From Alphaproteobacteria bacterium (GTDB lineage: Bacteria; Pseudomonadota; Alphaproteobacteria; UBA8366), in the NCBI GenBank assembly GCA_041557595.1, contig JBFFGE010000003.1, positions 1,656 to 65,655 of the forward strand: a stretch of 64,000 nucleotides of DNA, read 5' to 3'. The position numbers were made by a program, and so were the translations under genes. The notes beneath the pieces were generated by a model, which did no database searches, had not been told where the DNA came from, and was given only the letters and a program-made list of their open reading frames with translations. Shown here one piece after another: positions 30,478 to 39,908 of the stretch; within the stretch, counting starts at the first letter, position 1, and every line of letters starts with the position of its first letter.

Positions 30478-31134
30478 CTACAGCGCCGCGACAGCGTCGA
30501 GAAACGCACGGATCAGCGCCGGATTTTTTTTGCCGGGGCTGTCTTCGACGCCGGATGAGGTGTCGACCACCCGCGCGCCCGACTGGCGCACCGCCTCGGC
30601 GACATTGTCGGCGGTCAGGCCGCCCGCCAGCATCCAGGGCAGCGGCCAGTCGCGGCCGGCGAGCAGCCGCCAATCGAACGCGAGCGCATTGCCGCCCGGC
30701 AGCGCGCCGGCCATCGATTTCGGCGGCAGGGCGTCGAACATCAGCCAATCCGCCACGCCGACAAAGGCCGCGGCTCGATCGATATCGGCGGCGGCGCCGA
30801 CCCGTATCACCTTCATCACGAGACGGCCGCTGCGCCGTTTGAGCGCGGCCACCCGTTCCGGCGCTTCATTGCCATGCAATTGCAAGAGTTCGAGCGGCAC
30901 CTGGCCGACCACGCTGTCGATCAGCGCGTCATCGGGATCGACGAATAGCCCGGTCCGAACCACGCGCCGGTTGGTCCGGTCGACCATCGACGACAGCGCC
31001 CGGGCGGCCTCCGCCGTCACCGCGCGCGGGCTCGGCGGATAGAAGACGAACCCCACATGGCTGGCGCCGCCGTCGACCGCGGCGGTCAGCGCGGGCGCGT
31101 CATTGATGCCGCAGATTTTCGCGGAAACGGTCAT
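30478..31134 (-). CDS. trpF: phosphoribosylanthranilate isomerase
   Basis: 218 aa with KICGI N-terminus. Conserved position upstream of trpB-trpA. Confidence 0.9.
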   Translation of the reverse strand: MTVSAKICGINDAPALTAAVDGGASHVGFVFYPPSPRAVTAEAARALSSMVDRTNRRVVRTGLFVDPDDALIDSVVGQVPLELLQLHGNEAPERVAALKRRSGRLVMKVIRVGAAADIDRAAAFVGVADWLMFDALPPKSMAGALPGGNALAFDWRLLAGRDWPLPWMLAGGLTADNVAEAVRQSGARVVDTSSGVEDSPGKKNPALIRAFLDAVAAL

Positions 31135-31850
31135 GGGGCGCCGGACTCGGCGAGCTCGGCGATGATCCGCCGGGCCGCATCGGCGGGATCCGGCGCTTCG
31201 GTGATCGGCCGCCCGATGACCAGATAGTTCGCGCCGTCGCGCATCGCCTCGGCAGGGCCGGCGACACGTTTTTGATCGTCGCTCGTGCTCCAGGAAGGCC
31301 GAATGCCCGGAACCACGAGGGTAAAATCCGGACCACAGGCGGCGCGGATGTCGCGGGCTTCGCGGGCGGAACAGACGACACCGTCGAGGCCGCAGTTGCG
31401 CGCCAGCAGCGCGAGCCGCCGCGCCTGATCCACTGCCGGGCCCATCTGTCCGACCGCGGCCAGGTCATCGCCGTCCAGGCTGGTCAGCACGGTCACCGCG
31501 ATCACCAGCGGCTTTGCAACGCCATGCGCCGTGGCCGCGGCGTCCGCCGCGTCGCGGGCGGCGGTCATCATGGCCGCGCCGCCGCCGGCATGAACATTCA
31601 GAATTCTCGGCGCCAGCGGTATCACCGCCCGAATCGCGCCGGCGACCGTATTGGGAATGTCGTGGAATTTCAGGTCCAGAAAGATCGGCAGGCCGCACGC
31701 GGCAACCCGTTCGATGCCCGCCGGCCCATTCGCATTGACGAATTCCAGCCCCACCTTGAGCCCGCCGACCGTGCCCGCGACCCGCGTGGCAAGATCGGTC
31801 GCCCGGTCGATGTCGGGCGTATCGAGGGCGACGTAAACGGGATTGTCCAT
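31131..31850 (-). CDS. pyrF: orotidine 5'-phosphate decarboxylase
   Basis: 239 aa with VALD...DLKFHDIPNTV signature. ATGA overlap with trpF. Confidence 0.93.
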   Translation of the reverse strand: MDNPVYVALDTPDIDRATDLATRVAGTVGGLKVGLEFVNANGPAGIERVAACGLPIFLDLKFHDIPNTVAGAIRAVIPLAPRILNVHAGGGAAMMTAARDAADAAATAHGVAKPLVIAVTVLTSLDGDDLAAVGQMGPAVDQARRLALLARNCGLDGVVCSAREARDIRAACGPDFTLVVPGIRPSWSTSDDQKRVAGPAEAMRDGANYLVIGRPITEAPDPADAARRIIAELAESGAP

Positions 31851-31949
31851 GCTGCGGTCCGGCGCTGTGAGGATGTGCGGTTCTTTACACCGCGCGGCGG
31901 CGAGAGGAAAGAGCCGGACACGCGGTGCGGCGGTCGCCGACGGCCGGGT

Positions 31950-33098
31950 TCAGCCTAGCGGCTCCTCGACCAGCCCCGCGCGCTGCAGTTCGGCAGCGGC
32001 GAGACAGAGATGATACAGACTCGACGCCGGCAGGTCGTCGCGGCAGGGCGTGCCGGCCGCATCGAGATGTTCACGCCAGGCGCCGGGCGCCGCGCCGTCC
32101 AGATGGTTGCGGAACAACGCATCGATCTGCCGGTTCAGCCGCCGTCTCACCTCTGCGTCGCCCGTCGACTCCCAGCGAACCAGATGCGCCTTGATGGCCT
32201 CGGCCTGCGGCCACAGGCGGCATCCGGCCTCGAGAATTCCGCCGTGGTTGTCGACCGCATCGATCACGCCGCCATTGTCGGGATTGATCCCATGGGCGAC
32301 GGCAAACCGATACAGCGTCTCGCTTTTTTCCGACAAGCTGTCGTCGCCGGAAAGCCGCCGGTAGCGGTCGAGCAGCCATACCCATTCGAAATGATGGCCC
32401 GGTTCGACCCGGCGACCGACGTCGCCCGGCGCCGGATTCAGCGCGGCGTCGAAATATTCGCGCAGGCTGCCGTCGACGAAAAAGCGGCGCCGGAAAAGGT
32501 CCAGGACAGAGCGCGACCGGTGCAGCCAGTGCAGATCGCCGGTGACCGCAAACCACTCGAGAAACGCCTCGAGGAGATGCATGTGGGGGTTTTGCCGCCG
32601 CGGGCCTTCCACACTCCCGCCCGCGCCGTCCAGTCCTTCCCGATATCCGCCTGCCGGATCGGCGAGCGCGGCGTCGATAAAGGCGATGGTTTCGCCGGCG
32701 AGGGCGCGCGCCGAGGAATCGGGCTCGGCATCGTGATAGGCGGCAAGCGCCAGCAACACGAAACCATGGGTGTAGAGATCGCGGCGGTCATCCGCGGGGT
32801 TGCCGTCGCCGGCTACGGAAAAACGCCATCCGCCGTCCGGATGGCGGCAATGATCGCATAAAAAGGCGAATCCGCTTCGCGCGGCGCCGCGCGGCGCCGG
32901 ATCGCCGGTTCGCTCGGCGTCGCGGCAAAATGTGTAGATCTGCCGCGCCTGCACCAGACTGCGCTTGGCGTCATCCTCAAAGGGCTGACGCCCGGCGTCG
33001 AGCCGTTCGTGAAAGCCGCCATAGCGCCCGTCCAAGCCGTGCCGGCGCCAATACGGCAGCGTCCGGTCGAACATCCAGGCGGTCAATCTGTGGGACAT
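31950..33098 (-). CDS. AGE-family (N-acylglucosamine 2-epimerase / mannose-6-P isomerase-like) alpha/alpha-barrel protein
   Basis: 382 aa with repeated W/H-rich barrel motifs (QARQIYTF, HMHLLEAF, GHHFEWVWLL, RLWPQAEA) typical of the AGE superfamily. Confidence 0.75.
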   Translation of the reverse strand: MSHRLTAWMFDRTLPYWRRHGLDGRYGGFHERLDAGRQPFEDDAKRSLVQARQIYTFCRDAERTGDPAPRGAARSGFAFLCDHCRHPDGGWRFSVAGDGNPADDRRDLYTHGFVLLALAAYHDAEPDSSARALAGETIAFIDAALADPAGGYREGLDGAGGSVEGPRRQNPHMHLLEAFLEWFAVTGDLHWLHRSRSVLDLFRRRFFVDGSLREYFDAALNPAPGDVGRRVEPGHHFEWVWLLDRYRRLSGDDSLSEKSETLYRFAVAHGINPDNGGVIDAVDNHGGILEAGCRLWPQAEAIKAHLVRWESTGDAEVRRRLNRQIDALFRNHLDGAAPGAWREHLDAAGTPCRDDLPASSLYHLCLAAAELQRAGLVEEPLG

Positions 33099-33100
33099 GC

Positions 33101-33142
33101 TAGACCATTTCTTGTTTAAATCGAATCATATGAAATGGTCTA
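33101..33142. promoter_or_regulatory. perfect 11-bp inverted repeat (TAGACCATTTC / GAAATGGTCTA) with a 20-bp AT-rich spacer, abutting the AGE gene start codon
   Basis: Read directly: 33101-33111 and 33132-33142 are exact reverse complements. The AGE start codon is at 33096-33098. Confidence 0.5.
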
Positions 33143-33171
33143 ACTCTTGGTTCTTACGCAAATACGTCGTC

Positions 33172-33190
33172 GCGAACCGTTTCGGTTCGC
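33172..33190 (-). other. GC-rich hairpin GCGAACCG-TTT-CGGTTCGC downstream of lapA
   Basis: Perfect 8-bp stem, 36 nt after the lapA stop. No clean U-tract follows, so terminator function is uncertain. Confidence 0.35.
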
Positions 33191-33225
33191 TCGGGACTTG
33201 CTCTAAGGCCGCCGCGCGGCTGTTG

Positions 33226-33612
33226 TCAGGACCGGTGCGCCGCCGCCGGTTCGGCGCGGTTTGCGCCGTTTTCCGGCGACATGTCGCTCGGGCCGGGCAA
33301 GGCGGTATTGATCGCCTCCCGCTCCGCCGATTCGGCCCTGCGCGCGAGGCCGCTCAGCTCCAGTTCCAGGGTTTCGACCTTTTTGCGCGCGCCGCGGGCG
33401 CGCCACCAGGCCCGGCCGCTGCCGAACCATGACACCAGCCCGCCGATAAGAATTCCGAGGGCAAGACCCAACAAGACGGTGAGGCCCAGCGGCAGTTCGG
33501 TTCGCCACGACAGCAACCAGGATTCAAACGTGACCATCTGATTATTTGTCATAACCAGATCGACCGTTAGAACGACAATCGTGAAGGCGAAAACCCAGAA
33601 TAGTATCTTCAT
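33226..33612 (-). CDS. lapA: LapA-family (DUF1049) inner-membrane protein
   Basis: MKILFWVF start at 33612 (alternative start 33648). Two TM helices followed by a charged coiled tail. Conserved position after ihfB. Confidence 0.75.
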   Translation of the reverse strand: MKILFWVFAFTIVVLTVDLVMTNNQMVTFESWLLSWRTELPLGLTVLLGLALGILIGGLVSWFGSGRAWWRARGARKKVETLELELSGLARRAESAEREAINTALPGPSDMSPENGANRAEPAAAHRS

Positions 33613-33694
33613 ATCGCGCGCCTCACCGGCCGGGTCGAATGCGGACAACCCAGCTCAAGCAACCCGCCATGGGACGCCTTTAGCCGATGGATCG

Positions 33695-33985
33695 CTAACC
33701 CGGTGAATTAACGTTCAACATATCGCGAAGCTGCTTGCCCATCTTGAAAAAAGGCACCGCTTTGCGCGCGACCTGAACGGTTTCTCCGGTGCGAGGATTA
33801 CGGCCTTGGCGCGCATCCCGAACTTTTACGGAAAACGCTCCGAAGCCGCGTAATTCGACCCTATCGCCATCCGCGAGCGCGGCAGAAATTTCGTCGAAAA
33901 TAGTCGAAACAATTCGCTCGACATCGCGTTGATACAAGTGCGGATTGAGTTCCGCGATTTTTTGAATGAGTTGTGATTTTGTCAT
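33695..33985 (-). CDS. ihfB: integration host factor beta subunit
   Basis: 96 aa from MTKSQL, with GFGAFSV and GRNPRTGE motifs of HU/IHF. Confidence 0.95.
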   Translation of the reverse strand: MTKSQLIQKIAELNPHLYQRDVERIVSTIFDEISAALADGDRVELRGFGAFSVKVRDARQGRNPRTGETVQVARKAVPFFKMGKQLRDMLNVNSPG

Positions 33986-34187
33986 CGAACCCCAATTTCT
34001 CCTAAATGCACCTAACCGCCCCTCGGACAAATGCACCTGCGCCATTGGTTAAATAACAGCTCCCAAATGGTTATAACCCACCCTTCTAAAAGGGTGCCAG
34101 AGGGCGCGCAGGCCGTCAAGCCGCTCAATGTTGTAGCACAGGAAACTCTAAAATTTACGGCTGTTTGTGACATTTTTTGGAACGATC

Positions 34188-34229
34188 TTTTTTTTAGGCC
34201 CGCCGCGAATGGCGGCGGGCCTAAAAAAA
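34188..34229. other. long perfect hairpin T8-AGGCCCGCCGC-(GAATG)-GCGGCGGGCCT-A7 just downstream of rpsA
   Basis: 11-bp GC stem extended by up to 7 A-T pairs. The T-run precedes and the A-run follows the stem on both strands, the reverse of a canonical bidirectional terminator. Confidence 0.6.
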
Positions 34230-34254
34230 TGTCAATTGACCATTTAATCGACGG

Positions 34255-36132
34255 TCAGTCGGAAGCGGCGTCTTTGGCCTTGTCGCCTTCATCTTTATCG
34301 GCTGCGGCCTTTTTGGCTTTTGGTTTCGCTTTGGCCTTGGTTTTCGGTGCGGCCTTTTTCTCGTCGGCCGTGTTATCGGCCGCGGTTTCTTCGGCGGCTT
34401 TTTCCGTCGCCGGAGCAGCCGACTCGCCGGCGTCCTGCTGGGCTTGATTCTCCCTCGATTTGAGGGCCGCGCCCAGGATGTCGCCAAGCGATGCGCCCGA
34501 ATCGGAACTGCCGTACTCGGCCATCGCTTCTTTTTCTTCCTGCACTTCGCGCGCCTTGATCGAGAGGCTCAGCTTCCGGCTCGACTTGTCGATCGCCAGG
34601 ACCTTTGCGTCGACCTTTTCGCCCGCCGCGAACCGATCGGGCCGCTGCTCGGAGCGATCGGCGGACAGGTCCGATTTCCGGATAAAGCCATGCACGCCGT
34701 CATTGACCGAAACTTCGACGCCGTTGTCGACGATCGCGGTAATGGTGCAGGTGACGGTCGCGCCCTTCTTGATTTCGGCCATGCCGCTGGCAAACGGATC
34801 GTCGGAGAGTTGTTTGATACCGAGGCTGATGCGCTCCTTGTCGGTATCGACATCGAGCACCTTGGCTTTGACCATCTGCCCTTTTTCGTAATCCGCGATT
34901 GCTTCCTCGCCGGATCGGCTCCAATCGATGTCGGAGAGATGCACCATGCCGTCGATTTCGCCGGGAAGGCCGACGAACAGGCCGAATTCGGTGATATTCT
35001 TGATCTCGCCTTCGACCTCGGTGCCGACCGGGAACTGGTCGGAGAAGCCTTCCCACGGATTGCCCAGGCATTGCTTCAAGCCAAGGCTGATCCGGCGTTT
35101 CTGCGGATCGACGTCGAGGACCATGACCTCGACTTCCTGGCTCGTCGACACGATTTTGCCCGGATGGACGTTCTTTTTCGTCCAGCTCATTTCGGACACG
35201 TGCACGAGGCCTTCGATGCCGGATTCCAGTTCGACGAATGCGCCGTAATCGGTAATGTTGGTGACCCGGCCCTTCAGCTTCGTTCGGACCGGATACTTCG
35301 CCTCGACGCCGTCCCACGGGTCCGCCTCGAGCTGCTTCATGCCGAGGCTGATGCGCTGTGTCTCCGAATTGAAGCGGATCACCTGCACCTCGATGGTTTC
35401 ACCGATCTGCAGCGCTTCCGACGGATGGTTTATGCGCCGCCAGGCGATATCGGTGACATGCAGCAGGCCGTCGACGCCGCCTAGGTCGATGAACGCGCCG
35501 TAATCGGTGATGTTCTTGACGACGCCCTTGAGCACCTGCCCTTCGCGCAGGTTCTCGATCAGTTCGGTGCGCTGTTCGGCGCGGCTCTCTTCGAGCACGG
35601 CGCGACGCGAAACGACGATATTGCCGCGGCTGCGGTCCATCTTGAGAATTTGAAAAGGCTGCGGCGTGCCCATCAGCGGCGTAACGTCGCGCACCGGGCG
35701 GATGTCGACCTGGCTGCCCGGCAGGAATGCAACGGCGCCCTGAAGATCGACCGTGAAGCCACCCTTGACCCGACCGAAAATTGTCCCGGTGACACGGCTG
35801 GTGTCTTCGAAGGCTTTTTCCAATTCGACCCAGGCTTCCTCCCGGCGGGCTTTCTCCCGCGACAGCATCGCCTCGCCGTTCTTGCCTTCCATCCGTTCGA
35901 GGTACACCTCGACGGTGTCGCCCGCCTTGATTTCGGATTCCTGGCCCGGGCCAAAGAATTCCTTCAACGAAATCCGGCCTTCGGACTTCAGCCCTACATC
36001 GACCAGCGCGTAATCATTCTCGATCGCGATCACCATGCCCTTGAGCACGGTTCCCTCAAGGCCTTCATGCGCTCCAAGCGATTCGTTGAGCAGATCTTCG
36101 AAACTTTCGCGTTTTGCAGCGTCCGCTGACAT
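34255..36132 (-). CDS. rpsA: 30S ribosomal protein S1 with Lys/Ala-rich C-terminal extension
   Basis: 625 aa from MSADAAK with six S1 (OB-fold) repeats. The last roughly 65 aa are low complexity (KKAAPKTKAKAKPKAKKAAADKDEGDKAKD). Confidence 0.95.
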   Translation of the reverse strand: MSADAAKRESFEDLLNESLGAHEGLEGTVLKGMVIAIENDYALVDVGLKSEGRISLKEFFGPGQESEIKAGDTVEVYLERMEGKNGEAMLSREKARREEAWVELEKAFEDTSRVTGTIFGRVKGGFTVDLQGAVAFLPGSQVDIRPVRDVTPLMGTPQPFQILKMDRSRGNIVVSRRAVLEESRAEQRTELIENLREGQVLKGVVKNITDYGAFIDLGGVDGLLHVTDIAWRRINHPSEALQIGETIEVQVIRFNSETQRISLGMKQLEADPWDGVEAKYPVRTKLKGRVTNITDYGAFVELESGIEGLVHVSEMSWTKKNVHPGKIVSTSQEVEVMVLDVDPQKRRISLGLKQCLGNPWEGFSDQFPVGTEVEGEIKNITEFGLFVGLPGEIDGMVHLSDIDWSRSGEEAIADYEKGQMVKAKVLDVDTDKERISLGIKQLSDDPFASGMAEIKKGATVTCTITAIVDNGVEVSVNDGVHGFIRKSDLSADRSEQRPDRFAAGEKVDAKVLAIDKSSRKLSLSIKAREVQEEKEAMAEYGSSDSGASLGDILGAALKSRENQAQQDAGESAAPATEKAAEETAADNTADEKKAAPKTKAKAKPKAKKAAADKDEGDKAKDAASD

Positions 36133-36330
36133 AATGTTCAACAATCCTTTCCGATAAAAATCAGAAACGTATGCCTGCCGGTTGTATCCGGCGGTCTTCG
36201 AGAGAGCCCTGGCCGCCGGCGCCCCATGCGCAGACGTTCACCACACGACGGCTCTCGGCGTCGCTGTTCTGCAGGTAGTTCGGATTGCCGGATCACGGCA
36301 AAGGCTCGAACCGAGCCGGCCTGGGCGTTC

Positions 36331-36978
36331 CTATGGCGGCCCAAGCGCTTGCCGTTCTTCGACATACGCCAGCGCGGCGTCAAACGCCGCATCGGCGGTC
36401 ATCTCGCTCGTATCGATGCGCTTTGCATCCTCGGCTGCGAGTAATGGCGCAGCCGAACGGCTCGAGTCCCGAGCGTCTCGTTCCTTTAAGTCCTGCAGGA
36501 CGCGCGAATATATACTGGTCTCACCGCGTTCAAGCAACTCCTTATGGCGGCGCGCCGCGCGAACGTCGATGGCAGCGGTGACATAGAGTTTAACCTCGGC
36601 TTCCGGGCAAACGACCGTGCCGATGTCTCGGCCGTCGATTACCGCGCCGCCGCCGCCATTCGGCGGGTGCGTCGCAAAGGTCCGCTGAAAATCGAGCAAG
36701 GCCTCCCGGACTTCCAGAATCGCCGCCACCTTGGAGGCCGCGACGGCCGCGTCGTCGCCGGCGAGCGCCGCATCGTCAAGGTCCGAGGCGCGCAGCAACT
36801 TGGCCTTTTGCAGCGCGATTCCGGCATCTTCCGGATCGCCGCCAGCACGTAGCACGGCCAGCCCGACGGCCCGGTACAGCTTGCCGGAATCGAGGTGCGC
36901 ATAGCCAAAATGGCCGGCCAACCGGCGCGCCAGGGTACCCTTGCCGGAGGCGGCGGGGCCGTCGATCGCGATGATCAC
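36331..36978 (-). CDS. cmk: cytidylate kinase
   Basis: 215 aa, GTG start, P-loop [17 protein letters not shown] overlap with aroA. Confidence 0.93.
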   Translation of the reverse strand: MIIAIDGPAASGKGTLARRLAGHFGYAHLDSGKLYRAVGLAVLRAGGDPEDAGIALQKAKLLRASDLDDAALAGDDAAVAASKVAAILEVREALLDFQRTFATHPPNGGGGAVIDGRDIGTVVCPEAEVKLYVTAAIDVRAARRHKELLERGETSIYSRVLQDLKERDARDSSRSAAPLLAAEDAKRIDTSEMTADAAFDAALAYVEERQALGPP

Positions 36979-38318
36979 CCGTCACCCGCCGCAGCGGCAA
37001 GCGTGCCGCCGATGCCGCCGATCATCTCGGCAAATCCGGGAAAGCTGGTATCGATCGCCGTGCCGTCGTCGATGGTGACCGGGCGTTCGGCGGCGAGGCC
37101 GAGGATCAGGAAACTCATCGCAATACGGTGGTCGAAATGGGTGGCGACCGGCGTGTTGTTGCCGCCGCGCGGCCGGCCGTCGACGCCGGTTACGATCAGG
37201 TCGTCTTCACCGGCCGTGACCTCGACGCCGCAGGCGCCGAGCCCGTCGGCGATGGCGGCCAGGCGGTCGCTTTCCTTGACCCGCAATTCGGCAAGGCCGC
37301 GCATCACCGTGCGGCCCTTCGCGGCGGCGGCCGCCACCGCCAGGATCGGGTACTCGTCAATCATCGCAGGCGCGCGTTCCGCCGGCACCTCGACGCCCAC
37401 CAGCGGACCGTGCCGTGCGGTCAGATCGGCAACGGGCTCGCCGGCCAGATCGCGCCGGTTGGCGATCGTCAGGTCGGCGCCCATCTCCTGCAAGGTCTCG
37501 ATCAGGCCGATGCGGCCGGGGTTCATGCCGACCGTCCGCACGGTTACGGATGAGCCCGGCACCATCAGTGCGGCGACCAGGGGAAAAGCGGCGGAGCTGA
37601 TATCGGCGGGAACGTCGATCGTCGCGGCGGTCAATTCCGGCTGGCCGGTGACGGTTATCCTGTTGCCGCCGTCCTGCAAGGGGACGACCGCGACCGATGC
37701 GCCGAAATGCCGCAGCATGCGCTCGGTATGGTCGCGGGTCGGACGTTCCTCGATCACCGTGGTTTCGCCCGGCGCGTTGAGGCCGGCCAACAGAACCGCC
37801 GACTTGACTTGCGCCGATGCGACCGGCGGCGTGTATTCGACCGGCATGGCTTCTGCCGCACCGACCACCGTTAGCGGCAAGCGGCCGCCGTCGCGCGTCA
37901 AAATCGTCGCCCCGAAACCGCGCAACGGCGCCGCGACCCGTTCCATCGGGCGCGATCGCAGCGAGTGGTCTCCGGTCATGACGCAGGTTATCGGATGACT
38001 GGCGAGGACGCCGAGCAGAAGCCGCGCCGCGGTTCCCGAATTGCCCATATCGAGAACGTCGTCGGGTTCGCTCAAACCGCCGATGCCGACGCCGTGGATG
38101 GTCCAGCAACCGGGGCCGGTCTGGGACGCCGCCGCGCCGAGGGCGCGAATCGCCGCAAGGGTGCGGAGGACATCTTCGCCTTCCAGCAGGCCGGCGACGC
38201 GCGTTTCGCCAACCGCGAGCGCGCCGATCAAGACGGCGCGGTGCGAAATGGACTTGTCGCCCGGTACGGGGCATTCGCCGGCCAATGCGCTGGCGGGGGA
38301 TGCGATCATTGGCTGCAT
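36975..38318 (-). CDS. aroA: 3-phosphoshikimate 1-carboxyvinyltransferase
   Basis: [10 protein letters not shown] motif. Start chosen at MQPMIAS (38318), preceded by AAGGAA; the ORF is open to 38360. Confidence 0.93.
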   Translation of the reverse strand: MQPMIASPASALAGECPVPGDKSISHRAVLIGALAVGETRVAGLLEGEDVLRTLAAIRALGAAASQTGPGCWTIHGVGIGGLSEPDDVLDMGNSGTAARLLLGVLASHPITCVMTGDHSLRSRPMERVAAPLRGFGATILTRDGGRLPLTVVGAAEAMPVEYTPPVASAQVKSAVLLAGLNAPGETTVIEERPTRDHTERMLRHFGASVAVVPLQDGGNRITVTGQPELTAATIDVPADISSAAFPLVAALMVPGSSVTVRTVGMNPGRIGLIETLQEMGADLTIANRRDLAGEPVADLTARHGPLVGVEVPAERAPAMIDEYPILAVAAAAAKGRTVMRGLAELRVKESDRLAAIADGLGACGVEVTAGEDDLIVTGVDGRPRGGNNTPVATHFDHRIAMSFLILGLAAERPVTIDDGTAIDTSFPGFAEMIGGIGGTLAAAAGDG

Positions 38319-38495
38319 GCCATGGATTCCTTTGGCTCGATCCGGTGCAGTCTCTACCATAAAGCCGTTGCACCGTCATAGATTTGCGACATTCGCCGGC
38401 GCGACGGCCTGAAAAGACAAAAAGCCCTTGATAGATTGTAGAGATCGTGGCAATTGGCACGCGCCTTCCAGCCGGCCAATTTTAAGGAGATTGCC

Positions 38496-38846
38496 GTGGC
38501 GAAACCGGAATGGGGAACCAAGCGCCTGTGTACGGGCTGTGGCGACCGTTTCTATGATTTGCAACGCGATCCGATCGTGTGTCCGAAATGCGGTGTCGTT
38601 TTCGATCCCGAGCAGGTGACCCGTCTCAAACGGGCCCGCAACTCACCGCCACCCGAGCCGAAGCCGAAGCCGGCAGTCGTAGCCGCCAATGACGACGCAG
38701 CCGCCGTTGTCGCGGACGACGATATCGATGATATCGATGACGACGACGCCGATGATATAATTCCGGACGAGGATGATGATAGCAGTGACGATATTGACGA
38801 GTTGGTCGAAGGTGTCGAGGTCGTCAAGGAGAAACCCGACGAATAG
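38496..38846 (+). CDS. TIGR02300-like (FYDLN_acid) zinc-ribbon protein with polyacidic tail
   Basis: GTG 38496 lies 6 nt after AAGGAG. CTGCGDRFYDLQRDPIVCPKCG zinc ribbon, then a D/E-rich C-terminus. Confidence 0.8.
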   Translation: MAKPEWGTKRLCTGCGDRFYDLQRDPIVCPKCGVVFDPEQVTRLKRARNSPPPEPKPKPAVVAANDDAAAVVADDDIDDIDDDDADDIIPDEDDDSSDDIDELVEGVEVVKEKPDE

Positions 38847-38956
38847 ACGGCCCGTTCCCGGCAGGTGAATTTTCCCTTGCCTCCGGACGGCGCGTATTTA
38901 TAACGGTCCCGTCCCACCAGGTGCCAAACCGGCCGCGGCGGGCGCGACCATTCCAT

Positions 38957-39032
<76 letters not shown>

Positions 39033-39126
39033 TCATTTCAATAGGTTGGGTGCGCTTAGCTGGGCCTCTGCCCTTTCAGTAAGCACATAGTAAGCACGTC
39101 TACCTAATTTCGCGACCAGTCGGAGA

Positions 39127-39143
39127 GGGGGTGCCCCCCCCCC
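39127..39143. repeat. homopolymer pair G5-TG-C10
   Basis: Read directly: GGGGG TG CCCCCCCCCC. The C10 run (39134-39143) forms the 5' edge of repeat copy A, whereas copy B has only C4. Confidence 0.9.
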
Positions 39144-39237
39144 TCGGCCTTCGCGTGGTTACGCTAGTTCCACCTCTCTAGCGGCCCCCAAAAACTCGCC
39201 GCTTTAGCGGAGCCGAAATACTCGGGAGTCCGCTTTC
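39140..39237 (+). repeat. 98-bp dispersed repeat, copy A (two tandem hairpins)
   Basis: Gap-free hand alignment with 39909-40006 gives 9 mismatches in 98 positions. Contains AGCGGC...GCCGCT and AGCGGA...TCCGCT stems, the second followed by TTC. Confidence 0.85.
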
Positions 39238-39398
39238 GCGTGTATTACGTCCAGTCTTCCCCCAACATCGGGTACTGGGTCAGTTTGAAAATGGGCCGGG
39301 TTGACATATTCTGGCAGCTTGATCCCGATCAACGCATAGACCTGTCCGGCGTTCCAATTTCCTTATCGTTGAACTTGATGTCTTGAACGGAGCCAAAG

Positions 39399-39818
39399 AT
39401 GGTCGAAAAGTCCCACACTGCTGGTTCGTGGCAAAATCTCTACGAGCCACTCCGCGCATTCGGTCAAACTGTCGCCGATTGGTTTGCACCGCGTTCCGAC
39501 GCATCCGCGATGGAAGACTTCTACGAAATCAATGTCGAACTACCTGGTGTAAAAGCTGAAGACATTGATGTGTCGATGCATGACAACAGTCTCGTCGTTC
39601 GTGGTGAGAAGCGGTTCGAACGCGAGGAAAAGGGACGGACCTACTACTTCTCTGAACGAGAGCACGGTTCTTTCCAGAGGACATTTCGGCTCCCGCCCGA
39701 TGCGGACAGCGAAAAGATCGAAGCGACGTACAGTGACGGCGTTATGTGCTTGAAGATTGCCAAGCGGGCATCATCGGCGGCGGCGGCGGGCAAAAAGATC
39801 AAGGTCCGCACTCCCTAG
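39399..39818 (+). CDS. Hsp20/alpha-crystallin family small heat-shock protein
   Basis: 139 aa with alpha-crystallin domain pattern (YEINVELPGVKAEDIDVSMHDNSLVVRGEK...GSFQRTFRLP...A.Y.DGVL.L.I.K). Confidence 0.9.
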   Translation: MVEKSHTAGSWQNLYEPLRAFGQTVADWFAPRSDASAMEDFYEINVELPGVKAEDIDVSMHDNSLVVRGEKRFEREEKGRTYYFSEREHGSFQRTFRLPPDADSEKIEATYSDGVMCLKIAKRASSAAAAGKKIKVRTP

Positions 39819-39908
39819 GTCAAGGAGTTGAGTTGCCACCTTTAGCCGGATCCAGGTCCTAAATTAAAAAACTGACAATCTGCGTCAAAGCAGCAATCCC
39901 TTTGGTTT

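Noticed and set aside
29163-30748. N-terminal extensions of the trpA (to 29657) and trpB (to 30748) ORFs given in the track.
   Set aside because: Canonical N-termini (MTGRIEKRF for Trp[19 protein letters not shown] for TrpB) occur at internal ATGs. The extensions overlap neighbouring genes or intergenic DNA and have no homology-like features.
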